Assembly (NCBI RefSeq): GCF_006345805.1
Contig: NW_021834564.1
Span: 1-47,119, forward strand
DNA from: Octopus sinensis
Taxonomy: Eukaryota
Direction: 5' to 3'
DNA: 47,119 nucleotides
Position numbers and translations under genes: made by a program. Positions 25,760 through 37,848 of the stretch are shown here, piece by piece (position 1 is the first letter of the stretch; each line of letters opens with the position of its first letter). Under the pieces are notes generated by a model. The model worked only from the letters and a program-made list of their open reading frames with translations, ran no database searches and was not told where the DNA came from.

Positions 25760-26545
25760 ATGCAGGCATGAAGTAGTTAAGAAGCTCGCTTTGTATGCCA
25801 CATGGTTTCAGATTTGGTCTCACTGCGCGGCACCTTAGGCAAGTTTCCTCTACTATATTCCCGGGCTGACCAATGACCTCTGAGTGAATGTGACAAGCAG
25901 AAACTGTGCTGAAGCCCATCTTATCTGTATATGTTTATGCGTCTTTGTGTTTGCCACCCACATACACACACAGCCCCACTGACAACCGGTGTCAGCTTTG
26001 TTTACGTCCCTGTAGCTTAGAGATTCGGCAAAAGATACCAGACTTTAAAGTATGTACTAAGGTCGATTTCTCCGACTAAATCATTCAAGGTTGTGACCAG
26101 CGCTACATTAACCATTAAGCAAAATATAAACGTGCTTAGGGCATCAAGGGAAGTGGGGGTACTACAGAAATGGTACTTACTAAAATAATATTCGAGGTAG
26201 CGTAAGTGATCGGAAATATAATTTCTAAGTGTTCATGGTGTCATAGTGAGGATTTGATTGAAGATTTTACAATTAGAAAAATGTAGGAGAAAACTTTTGA
26301 AATATAAAGTAGAAGCATAAAAAAAAGATAAAATAAACATTTCCTCCCATCTTACTCTTGGTTTTGCTTCATTTTGAAAAACAAAAAAGAATAATTTTAT
26401 GGCTTATTATTGTTTAAATTTTGAATTACACGTATATGGTGGCACTAAAATCTTTTAAGTGCTTAGGGCCTCAATGGGTCTTAATCCGGCCCTGGCTGTA
26501 ACCCTGCATGACCACAGTCCGTTGACTGAAACCGGTAAAAGATTT
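25760..26545 (+). mobile_element. Old family B SINE interrupted by a MITE
   Basis: CORE motif caccttaggcaagtt at about 25830. The SINE tail resumes after 26502 (gcatgaccacagtc...gactgaaac). Confidence 0.75.
26098..26494. mobile_element. hAT-type MITE
   Basis: Terminal inverted repeats CAGCGCTACATTAA and TTAATCCGGCCCTG, with an 8-bp TSD-like pair GTTGTGAC/GCTGTAAC (6/8 identical). Confidence 0.7.
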
Positions 26546-27072
26546 TAAAATGTGCATATATGTGTGTATATACACCCATTCTTAAGTGTATATACAGCCA
26601 TATACATACCTGTGTGAATACGGGTTTGGACTTTACATTTAATAAGAAGATACGATGATAGATTAATATTCGCAGAATTGCGACTCACTTTAAATTCATT
26701 GAAATATTATATACATTCGTGTACATACACTTATAGAGGCATGTGCATCCCCCACCACAATATTTATAAGCATACACACATTCGTACGTACATACACGTA
26801 AGCATACAAATGTACACGAGTACTGGCAAGTGTGTATAAGCCCATATATGTCTGTACGTATATACACACAAACACACACACATCCTTTCTTGGAAAAAGA
26901 AAGACGCCGTCGTGGCGTGCAACGTGTCTTGGGTATTTAAATCTAACGAAGTCCATTCCTCTGCGAGTCTGCAAACAGCTGATTTCTTTCATAAAGGAAT
27001 GCAATCAGTGAAAGGAAAATTGAGAGAAGAATCTATTGCACAAATGAAATGCAGCTTTATGCATGCATGCAT

Positions 27073-27144
<72 letters not shown>

Positions 27145-27372
27145 ACACACACACACTCATACATAAATGCATATATATATATATATACCAGAGACGTAGT
27201 AAATTGTAGGTAGTCTGTCCCCAGGATACAGATGTGAGAGGGCTCAGAAATTTAGCTAGCCAATCATGCCGGCAACTTAAGGTGGTGGGTGCCAAAAGTA
27301 CTTTTGACTTCAATTCATTGAAACCCCGTCTATGGCATGCATACATATATGTATGTGTCTGTGTGTGTAATT

Positions 27373-27417
27373 GGAGTTCTGATGACGCCTGTTGAGGTAG
27401 AAACACTTGTTCGTGAC
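27373..27417 (+). ncRNA. Decayed hammerhead-like core
   Basis: CTGATGA (27379-85), C, GCCT-GTTG-AGGT, A, GAAAC (27400-04), ACTTGTT. It has the same C...A frame as the 6725 copy, but stem I is not preserved. Confidence 0.4.
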
Positions 27418-27669
27418 TGTCCTCTTATCTCGAGATAATGCACCAGTTAAATTCATATCAAATTTGGACAATTCTCGTGTCTTAAGATTATCTTCCCTTT
27501 CTCATACGAATATCAATTGCCATGTGTAATTGGGAGACATCCTCTAGAAGCGGATATAATTTTAATAAATCAAGAATTTATTGTTATTTATATCTATATG
27601 TACATTCAATTATGCACTCAGACACACAAACAATAATGTATATGTATACATTTATATACTTTTATACAC

Positions 27670-27891
27670 ATATACATATATATATATATGTATGTATGTA
27701 TATATGTATGTATGTATATGTATGTATGTATATGTATGTATATATGTATGTATGTATATGTATGTATGTATATGTATGTATGTATATGTATGTATATGTA
27801 TGTATGTATATGTATGTATATATATGTATGTATGTATATGTATGTATATATATGTATGTATGTATGTATATGTATGTAATGTATGTATATG

Positions 27892-27928
<37 letters not shown>

Positions 27929-27935
27929 GTATACA
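27670..27935. repeat. (TATG/TA)n compound microsatellite
   Basis: Read directly. Confidence 0.95.
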
Positions 27936-28579
27936 TATATGTGTGTACATGCGCACGTGAGCATATATGTTTACATACACGTGTAAATATATGCGTGTAT
28001 ATATGTGTTTGTGTGAATGCGCATGTGTGTAAATGCGTGTTTGTATTTCTGATTTTCTCTTTTCGTTCTTGGGAATATAGAAAAGCTTTTGTAAACTCAA
28101 TGGAAAGCCACAATGAAGATAAGAAGGCAACGTTTTCTCCAGTGCATCTTTGCACAAAAGTACATTTGAAAAAAAAAGATTTTATCCCAACTAAAAATAA
28201 AATGACTGACATACAGAATGAATGGTTTAGAGATAAAGTATGATGTATATAAGGAATGGGAGGGGATGAAGATGAGAATGAAAGAGAAGAGAGAGAGAGA
28301 GAAAAAGAAGAAACAGAAAACGAAATGAAAATGGTTTTGACGTTTTAAAGGTGCCTGTGTATGCCGTTGTTGGTTGTCATTTAGCCCCAAGAAGGCGTCC
28401 ATCATCGTGTAGACATGCGCTCAAAGCCATAACCATACCATGATATTTTCAGTAATAGGTCTATATTATTCACTGAGTTGTGTTCCTGCTGTTTTGTTGT
28501 TGTTTCAAAGTGTAGTAGAGAGTGGTTTTAAAAAAAGATTTGTTTACTAAATCAAGGTTTTCCTTTTGAGCAGTTATTT

Positions 28580-29009
28580 CGAATCTTTTCGGTTTGAACG
28601 GCAGTTTTTTTTCTAGCAGTGTCATATGAAATTTTCACCCATAACTATGACCCTAATATCGATCTATTGCATTTCATTCTGTTTTAGGGTTAGGGTTAGT
28701 TAGGGTTAGGTGTGGGGAGAAGGGTATCTTTTTTTTCTTCACAAATGTAAATAAACCCAATCTGTTTCGTAAACGAGGACATATTCATACGGCACAGAAT
28801 GTTTTTTTTACCTCGATAGACGTCAGTGATTGGTTAAAATTTCAGAAATTGAAGAAAAAAACAACAAATATCTTACAAACTATAGAATTTTCTCAATAAA
28901 GCCAAGGAAAAAAATGTTTTATAAACACATTCTACTAGTATACGAAGTTAAAAACTTTTTTGTTACCTAGAAATTATGTTAAAAACTGCCGTTCAAATCG
29001 AAAAGAGCC
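28580..29009. mobile_element. 430-bp MITE with about 30-bp TIRs, a 6-bp TSD and internal TTAGGG repeats
   Basis: cgaatcttttcggtttgaacggcagttttt versus aaaaactgccgttcaaatcgaaaagagccg. TTATTT occurs at 28574-79 and 29010-15, and TTAGGG-type repeats at 28684-28710. Confidence 0.8.
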
Positions 29010-29128
29010 GTTATTTCTAGTAGTTTTGCTACTTCTGGCTTTGGAACTGTGGACATATGTTGACGCAAGTGTATGTGTATATAAAGAAACTTTGTGTCCG
29101 TGCGCGAGTATTTGCGTAGTTATATATG

Positions 29129-29361
29129 TATTTCTTTATTGCCCACAAGCAGCTAAACACAGAGGGGACAAACAAGGACAGACAAAGGGATTAAGTCGAT
29201 TGCATCGACCCCAGTGCGTAACTGGTACTTAATTTATCGACCCCGAAAGGATGAAAGGCAAAGTCGACCTCGGCGGAATTTGAACTCGGAACATAACGGC
29301 AGACGAAATACGGCTACGCATTTCGCCCGGCGTGCTAACGTTTCTGGCAGCTCGCCGCCTT
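29129..29361 (-). mobile_element. Young full-length family A SINE (long tail) with an 18-bp TSD
   Basis: TTTGCGTAGTTATATATG at 29111-28 and 29362-79. Confidence 0.95.
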
Positions 29362-29622
29362 TTTGCGTAGTTATATATGCGCGCCCTTTGTATATTTTAA
29401 CTTAGAAATGTTTGCTTAGAAAACAGACTTACACGGTCTGCTATTATACATTTACAGATATTTTCATGTCTACTATTTACAGTACTCTAAAAAAAATATA
29501 CTCTATGGTCGTCTGCATAGAGCTGTCAATAGACTGTAGTCATACTGTTTAATTTCATCTACTATATATATGTATGTATGTGTGTGTATGTATACAATAC
29601 CATGTCCTTGCTAATAATCAAT

Positions 29623-29930
29623 ACTAGTAGTATAGCCCGGCGTTGCTCGGGTTTGTTTTTTAGTTGCGCTTAAAACGGCAGACTTTCATATCGCGTTAAC
29701 AAAGTTTTGACATAGTTTCAGTCTTTTTTGAAAAGAAAAAAAATTGCATTATGTAGCTTGTTATTCTCTTTAAGTGAATATTTTTCTGGTTGAAATACAC
29801 CGAAAGATGACGACACAGCAGTAAAAAAATCGTAAAAAATAGGGATTTTCATAGAAAAAAAACCACCTTTCTGATGTAAATAATTTTTGGTCTTAACATG
29901 GTCCGATTTGAATTTTTTCTTCTACGGAAT
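29623..29930 (-). mobile_element. Non-autonomous Helitron-like element (3' end at 29624)
   Basis: The minus strand ends CCCGAGCAACGCCGGG hairpin, CTATACTA, CTAG|T. The 5' boundary is approximate. Confidence 0.65.
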
Positions 29931-30406
29931 GTCTATCCAATAGTGTTACACCGTCCAACATAGTGGGGATTTAAGCAATGCTTCCGTAGATAGTTGATAG
30001 GTTGGATGTGGCACTCATGAAGAGCAGTATCCCTTGAAATAAGCACATACGCTTATTGCCTGTTTTTTTTTTGTTCTTTTTCTATCTTCCTTCACATTGT
30101 TTACATTGTTTATTCGTTTACAAAATGACTCTAAATTCTATTGGAAATCTATAGTTTACCACTTAAAAATAAGAATATCGCACTGCTAACACAAAACGTA
30201 GGGCACAATATTGACTTGTATGCCTTCAATATATTTGGTAGTATATTAGGGTTGCAAAAGTAAGTATTGTTTGTGTCGTTGCTAATAATCAATTAATCAG
30301 TTCAATTTCCTTGCAGTTCGGATGGAAAAGAAGTGCTGGATTATTACTTTCCATCACACTAGTGTGCAGTTTTTGCTAATGTGGTTGATAGAATATTCTC
30401 AAACAT

Positions 30407-30789
30407 AGGCGCAGGATAACAAGCTTACTTCCCAACCACATGGTTCCGGGTTCAGTTCCACTGCGTGGCACCTTGGACAAGAGTCTTCTACTATAGCCTC
30501 GGGCGGACCAAAGCCTTGTGAGTGGATTTGGTAGACGGAAACTGAAAGAAACTTGTCGTATATATGCATATATATCTATGTACATGTTTGTGTGTCTGTG
30601 TTTGTCCCCAACTATCGCATACCAACCGATGTTGGTGTGTTTATGTCCTAGTAACTTAACGGTTCGGCAAAAATAACCGATAGAATAAGTACTAGGCTTA
30701 CAAAGAATAAGTCCTGGGATCGATTCGTTGGAGTAAAGGCGGTGCTCCAGCATGGCCGCAGTCAAATGACTGAAACAAGTAAAAGAGTA
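30407..30789 (+). mobile_element. Family B CORE-type SINE (A-box region deleted)
   Basis: Near-consensus body. The head lacks gtggctgtgtggt. Confidence 0.9.
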
Positions 30790-30867
30790 TACAAATTTCA
30801 TCCAATACTTCCATAGATACAAAAGGAAAACCGTTTAATAGTTGCTATGACATGTTTAATGTTTAAT

Positions 30868-31323
30868 TGGTTTCAAATTTTGGCACAAGGTCAGCTATTT
30901 CGGGTGTGGGGGCAAGTCGAATACATCGACCACAGTGCTCCACTTGTACTTATTTTATCGACTCCAAAATGATGAAAGGTAAAGCCGGCCACGGTGGAAT
31001 TTGAACTCAGAGCGTAACAGCGGATGAAATGCCGCTAAGCATTTTGCCCGGCGTGTTATATTCTACCAGCTCGCCGCCATATCATGTGCCAGTAATATGC
31101 TGTGATGATATGGCGGCGAGCTAGCAAAATCGTAAGCATGCCGGGTGAAATACTTAGCAGCATTTTGTCATCTTTACGTTCTGAGTTCAAATTCCACCGA
31201 GGTCGACTTTGCCTTACATCTTTTAGAAGTCGATAAAATATGTACCAGGTGAATACTGGGGTCGGTGTAATCTACTTCACCCCTTCCTCGAAATTGCTGG
31301 CCTTGTGTCAAAATTTGAAACCA
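30868..31323. mobile_element. Head-to-head inverted pair of family A SINEs
   Basis: Minus copy 30868-31078 and plus copy 31112-31323. The inverted match extends into the flank (ATATCAT 31079-85 / ATGATAT 31105-11), leaving a 19-nt loop. Confidence 0.9.
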
Positions 31324-31467
31324 GTATACGCTGATGATGTTTAACTCTTTAGCATAAAGATTACTCTGTCAAATGCAATGTTTATTTATTCATATTGTTT
31401 ATTTATTCACATTGTTTTCAATTAATCATGCCTTATTCTTGAAGTTTCGAGATTTCAAAGATGTGAT

Positions 31468-31886
31468 TACTCTCTTTACTCTTTTACTTGTTTCAGTCAT
31501 TTGACTGCGGCCATGCTGGAGCACCGCCTTGAGTCGAGCAAATCGACCCCGGGACTTATTCTTTGTAAGCCCAGTACTTATTCTATCGGTCTCTTTTGCC
31601 GAACCGCTAAGTGACGGGGACGTAAACACACCAGCATCGGTTGTCAAGCAATGCTAGGGGGACAAACACAGACACACAAACATATACACACACACTTATA
31701 AATATATATATATATATATATACGACAGGCTTCTTTCAGTTTCCGTCTACCAAATCCACTCACAAGGCATTGGTCGGCCCGGGGCTATAGCAGAAGACAC
31801 TTGCCCAAGATGCCATGCAGTGGGACTGAACCCGGAACCATGTGGTTGGTTAGCAAGCTACTTACCACACAGCCACTCCTGCGCCT
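31468..31886 (-). mobile_element. Full-length family B CORE-type SINE
   Basis: Near-identical in layout to 22698-23106. Confidence 0.95.
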
Positions 31887-32052
31887 GTTTATTTTTAGAA
31901 TGACATTGCAGGGTAGTCGTGAGAAGCTGGATCAGGTTTGTTTGAACAAAAAAGCGGTAGAATATTTGGGCCAAATATGGGTGATTTAAATGCTAAAGGC
32001 TAAGATATTGTTGTTTAATGAGTCATTACTGTTTGGCTCTGTGGTAAGTTAT

Positions 32053-32215
32053 AGGTGTCGGAGTAGCTGTATAGTAAGTAGCTTGCTTGCCAACCACATG
32101 GTTCCGGGTTCAGTTCCACTGCGTGGCACCTTGGACAAGAGTCTTCTACTATAGTCTCGGGCCGACCAAAGCCTTGTGAGTGGATTTGGTAGACGGAAAC
32201 TGAAAGAAGCCCGTC

Positions 32216-32261
<46 letters not shown>

Positions 32262-32484
32262 TCTATGTACATGTTTGTGTGTCTGTGTTTGCACCCGCAC
32301 CAACATTGTTTGACAACCGATGCTGGTGTGTTTACGTCCCGGTAACTTAGCGGTTTGGCAAAAGAGACCGATAGAATAAGTACTAGGCTTACAGCTAATA
32401 AGTCCTGGGGTCGATTTGTTCGACTAAAGGCGGTGCTCCAGCATGGCCACAGTCAAATGACTGAAACGAGCAAAGAAAAAAGAG
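32053..32484 (+). mobile_element. Full-length family B CORE-type SINE
   Basis: Head, CORE motif, internal (TA)n and tail are all present. Confidence 0.95.
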
Positions 32485-32726
32485 CTCTGATTACGTAGAC
32501 CGATGGTCAAAGTGATGCGGCTGAGAACATCCCTTTTCTTAATTTCAGAAGTAACCAGGATTACATCACTTTATTTGTCATTCTTTTTATGATAATATGG
32601 TGTGATTGGCTCCTATTTCTAACAAGTCAAGCGACCACCTAGAGAAATTTACGGCGACTCCTGTTTTAAATATTGGTTTCTAACATAAGCATAACTGAAC
32701 TGTTGCTGGTTTCTGGAACAGGTGTA

Positions 32727-32914
32727 TTTTTTACGTGTATAGGGTGTTAGCCTATAGCACAACCCCCGAATTTGGAGGGTCGATGTGTATATTTTAGTCT
32801 GACTCCTACTCGTCAACCAAACCAGCAAGGTTAAACCTGCCAGGGGAACACGTACCCCACTGGCACATGCTCTAGGGATCATAAAAGTACTCAAGCCTCC
32901 CCGCCACGTCAAGG
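32727..32914 (-). mobile_element. RTE-clade LINE 5' UTR-like fragment
   Basis: Minus strand ccttgacgtggcggggaggcttg...atgatccctagagc...gagtcagactaa...ggggttg...ggctaacaccc...cgtaaaaaa follows the RTE 5' UTR pattern as recalled, not database-checked. Confidence 0.6.
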
Positions 32915-32921
32915 CCACACA

Positions 32922-33056
32922 CAGAAGCAGACATGGAAACGGAGCATTTTGGACAAGCTCAGGACCACCGACTTTACACGGGAAGCAGCCAAGAAACACA
33001 CCAATGACCGCAAAAAGTGGAAAACAACTGTTTGGAGCATTTTAAATCATCATTAA
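32922..33056 (+). mobile_element. RTE-clade LINE ORF C-terminal fragment
   Basis: QKQTWKRSILDKLRTTDFTREAAKKHTNDRKKWKTTV resembles the TW...W..A...A.DR..W C-terminus of RTE reverse transcriptases. Confidence 0.6.
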
Positions 33057-33364
33057 ATCATAGATCGCTCAAAATATTCTTAGTGTCCTAATTTATAATT
33101 AGTTAAGTTGCTTGTTATTACTGTCGCCTTTGCCGTCGCGGCTACTGTTTATTTTTTTTTAGCCCAGGGTAACCCTAAACGAGCAGAACTATTTAAAGGC
33201 ATTCCAAACGCCACTATCTGATAATTTTTTGATACGTAATATATCATGAATCTACATACACACATACATACATACACACATACATATACACACACAAACA
33301 TACATATATGTTTATATACATATATGTATACATATATATATACAAAAAAATATTCGAGCGAGGT

Positions 33365-33567
33365 CAAAGCCAGTGCCGCTGGACTGGCTCCTATGTAGGT
33401 GGCACGTAAAAGCATCCACTACACTCTCGGAGTGGTTGGCGTTAGGAAGTGCATCCAGCTGTAGAAACTCTGCCAGATCAGATTGGAGCCTTGTGCAGCC
33501 ATCTGGCTCGTCAGTCCTCAGTCAAATCGTCCAACCCATGCCAGCATGGAAAGCAGACGTTAAATGA
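33365..33567 (+). mobile_element. Retroposon 3' fragment ending in a (GAT)n tail
   Basis: ggttggcgttaggaagtgcatccagctgtagaaac...ccaacccatgccagcatggaaagcagacgttaaatgatgatgatgat. Confidence 0.6.
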
Positions 33568-33602
33568 TGATGATGATACACATGTATATACATATATGTG
33601 TG

Positions 33603-33651
<49 letters not shown>

Positions 33652-35706
33652 GTGTGTGTGTGTATATATATATACATATATATATATATACATATAGATA
33701 TGTGTTCGTGTGTGTGTGCATATGTGTGTGTATTCAACGTATCCCTCTCATTTTTAATCAGTAGGGCATGTTTAGAGGTAGAGATTTGGCTGTTATTTTG
33801 TTATTTCTACCAGTTCTACCATCACATACAGATTCTTTCGTTGGCCCATATCTAAAACAGTTGTTTTAGTTTCTTATTTTCTCTTCTTATACAACGTCTC
33901 TTCTTAAAAGTAGTTAAAAGTAGACACAAAAGAAAATTGCAGAAATAAATATGACTTATGAAAATCCAAAATCTCATTGTTGGGCGATTTGAGCTTAAGC
34001 AATAAAGAATAATGTCTTCTGTGAAGTGTTATGCATCTTTTACAAGATCGTGCGATGTTTTGTCTCAATGCGAATAGCACCTCACTAAAATGTCTGCTTT
34101 TCTCATTTAGTTTCTCCTATACACTATTTAAAATATAATTCCCTCTTTTGCGATGTTGCCTTCGTTTCTCATTTATGTTGTCCTTCCAAATTAAAATATA
34201 TTTCACTTTCTTGTGAAACGTATCTTAATTTGTCATTAACATTGTCTTTCCATACTTCCATATTTAAGATATGCTGCTTTTTCTTTAGATATGACATTTA
34301 TGATGTTTAGTACATATTTTGATTAGATTGTCTATATACTGGTGTTGCATTTCTTGTTGCTGCTGCTTTTTGTACTTTAATCTGAAGTAAGTCCTGATTA
34401 AATAGGACTCTTATCAAAGGCATTACCCACCCGTCTATGCAATAGTGTAGCGTGGGTTCTGACCGCCCTGTGTGGTAAACAAATTGTATCCACCTTGTGC
34501 GGTCTGCACATCCCGCTTACTTTATGCTACACCACTCTGTCTATGTAATCTCTACCAAAGCAGAGACTACGAGCAGTAATGTGTGTTTCTTCATTGAAGA
34601 TGAAAGCATGGAGTTTGATAAAGATCCTGTTACAACTTTTCTCAGGTTGTTGATTCCAGTATCTTTTTGAATACTGTCATTATTGGCACGTATGAGAAAG
34701 ACAGTCACCTTAGTAAAACAATTCGGAACATCCAATCAGCATTGACTAGAAATGCAAGCTTCAAAATATGAGACGTGTTAAACGAAGGGACTAATTCTAA
34801 AGTTGGTGCAAAACAATCAGCATAAATAATTATGGCTTAAGAGAATTCAAAGGCTCCGTGTTTGGTTATTTGATCTCACAAAACAAGAAACAATGATACA
34901 TTCTTTAGAGTGTCATTGTTATGTGTATTTTGTAATATACTGTGAAACATCTTGCTCTATTCAGGCAAAAAGTATCTCGCAAAAGATGTCTGAATTTCTT
35001 ATTTACGTAATAAGAAAAACGAGCTTTTAACAAACAGTTTGCTTGGAAAAGATTCCCTGAGTACTTCTTAAAATCATTTATAGCTTAGCTTCAGGCAAAT
35101 TATGTCACTGCTTTAAGGGTTTCTGAATCTTAAAGTAAAGGAAATATTTCTACTGCGAAATTCACGTTCGTTTCTGTTTGAAGTTCGTCTTCTTGGAATT
35201 TTTACGTAGACAGAAATGACAGTAGAAAGTGCCTCGAAGCTTCTTTTATTTCTTAATCGTTTTAAAACATTACAAATGATTTAAACGTTGACGTTGTCGT
35301 CGATAGTGATGATGAAGACACACTCGGGATTAAGAATTCTGACAATGATGATGATGAGGGTCATTATCATAGTAACGATAATAACGGCAATAATGACGAT
35401 ATTTACTACTATCATTATTGTGATGAATAGAAGCCGTTGATTAGATATAGTTTCTTTATTTGCCACAAGGACATATCACACCGAAAACACCTGTTCTTGT
35501 CCGATGACTAAATATCGAAAGAAATCATTACCGTCATAATCATTATCGCTAATATTATTTTTATTATTAGATTTACTTGTGCAAATAAGATAGCGAATGA
35601 TGGTGGACATTTTGCGGATGATAGAACTGGCTTAGGTGGTGATAGAGTTGCTGTTGCTTGTGACTACAATAGCTGAGATAATGGTGGTAGTGGTGGTGGT
35701 GGTGAT

Positions 35707-35737
<31 letters not shown>

Positions 35738-36294
35738 CTGCTGCTGCTACTGCTAGCGTGATGTTGTTGGCGGCAATGGTACTGGTGCTTGTGCTGGCGA
35801 CACAACATACACGTACACATACACTACACATACACGCTATACAAATTGATTCTTCCAATAATCAGAAACTCTTTATAAGGCTCTGATTAGAAGGAAAAAG
35901 GAAACACAAACTGGTTGGAAGACAGCTTGAAACATCTCGAGTGGTGTCTCTTGAAATTGCTACGAGATAATGGAATATAAATCGAAACGAAGTTGTATCG
36001 TTTATTTACTATCAACTACCACCGGTCACTACTATCTCCTACCATAACTCTCACCGTACCCAACACCATCATTATCACTATCAACGATAGTCCTCTCGCC
36101 ACCACTTTATCTCCATCTCTCTCCTCTATTACTACGACTACCATTAATACTATTATTACCAACATTCAACAACCAACAAATACCATTCTGATTCTTACCA
36201 TCAGAATCAACAGCAAAAGTGGGGAGAGACCCCCGCTGGCCCTATCAAATATAGCCAGATATAGTAACCCTCAAGAACTATTATCAACTGTGAA

Positions 36295-36615
36295 GATGCG
36301 TGGCTTAGTGGTTAGAGTATCCGGCTCCCAATCGTAAGGACGTGGGTTCGACTCCCGACGTCACGTTGTGTCCTTGGGCAAGACATTTTATTTCACATCC
36401 CTTCAGTTTATTCATTTGGCAAAGATTAGTTGTACCTGTAATTCAAAGGGCCGACCTCGTTACATCCTGTGTCACGCTGAATCTCCCTGAAAACTACACT
36501 AAGGGTACGCGTGTATGTGGAGCGCTCAGCCATTTCCATGTTAATTTCACGCGTAGGCTGTTCCGTTGATCCGATCAACTGGAACCCTCGTCGTCGTAAT
36601 CGATGGAGTACCAGA
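36295..36615 (+). mobile_element. tRNA-derived CORE-like SINE (family E)
   Basis: A-box TGGCTTAGTGG, B-box GGGTTCGACTCC and the CORE-like gtgtccttgggcaag. Confidence 0.8.
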
Positions 36616-36978
36616 ACTATCAACCATGACAATCAACTACCTTGATTGACATCAGCTTTGTTAAATATCCCCACAAAACAACCACCACCAGATGAGCCAA
36701 CGAAAGAGTCTTTATATGGACGGTCGGTCAGCTAAAAATATTTACCAAATCTCCCTTAATAATACCCAACTAAATTAAAGTAAAAGATCATTGTGAATAA
36801 TGTAATACCATTCATCGCAGATTTGTTGGCTCAAGACTGACCTACGACTAAACACTAAACACATTCAGCCATTTAAGCGATGGTCTCTGGCGTTAATTTT
36901 AACGTATGGGCGTCCAGGTGTTCGATCAATGAATTGAAGTGTGAAGTGGCTGAGTATTCAAAAGAGAAGTGTATTATT

Positions 36979-37409
36979 CTTTTCTACTCTAGGCACAAGG
37001 CCCGAAATTTTAGGGGAGGCGGCCAGTCGATTAGATCGACCCCAGTATGCAACTGGTAATTAATTTCTCGACGCTGAAAGGATCAAAATCAAAGTCGACC
37101 TCGGCGAAATTTGAACTCAGAGCGTAAAAACAGACGAAATACCTTTAAGCATTTCGCCCGGCGTGCTAACGTTTCTCATTTCTTTATTACCCACAAGGGG
37201 CTAAACATAGAGGGGACAAACAAGGACAGACAAAGGGATTAAGTCGATTACATCGACTCCAGTGTGTAACTGGTACTTAATTTATCGACCCCGAAAGGAT
37301 GAAAGGCAATGTCGACCTCGGCGGAATTTGAATTCACAACGTAACGGCAGACGAAATACGGCTACGCATTTCGCCCGGCGTGCTAACGTTTCTGCCAGCT
37401 CGCCGCCTT
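36979..37409 (-). mobile_element. Family A SINE dimer (long-tail copy joined to a short-tail copy lacking its 5' end)
   Basis: Junction at 37176/37177 after gctaacgtttct. GTGTATTATT flanks the whole unit (36969-78 and 37417-26). Confidence 0.9.
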
Positions 37410-37637
37410 AAGGCACGTGTATTATTAACACAGATGTCACTTAAAATGAACGTGACACTGTATGTAACACGATTGGATCTTTGAATTGCAGATATAGTCC
37501 ATATAATAAATGCACTTGCTTAAAGTGCCATGCACTGGGATTGAACCTAGGCCTTCATGAGTGATTCATAAAAAAACGCGCTTCTTAGCCATATCTACAT
37601 TCACTGTTGTAAATACACACAAGCTCATACCATATTA

Positions 37638-37848
37638 ATTTCAAATTTTGGCAAAAGGCCAGTAATTTCAGGGCGGGAGTTAAGTCGATTCCATTGACCC
37701 CAGTACTCAGCTGGTACTTACTTTATCGACCCCGAAGGGATGAAAGGCAAAATCGACCTCGGTGTATTTAAACTCAGAACATGAAGACGGACGAAATGTT
37801 GTTAAGCATGTCGTCTGGCAAGCTAACGATTCTGTCAGCTCGCCGCCT
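37638..37848 (-). mobile_element. Family A SINE
   Basis: Full-length reverse-complement match to the family A consensus. Confidence 0.9.

Noticed and set aside
28684-28710. True telomere or chromosome-fusion scar
   Set aside because: Only about 4.5 units on one strand, and they are internal to a TIR element.
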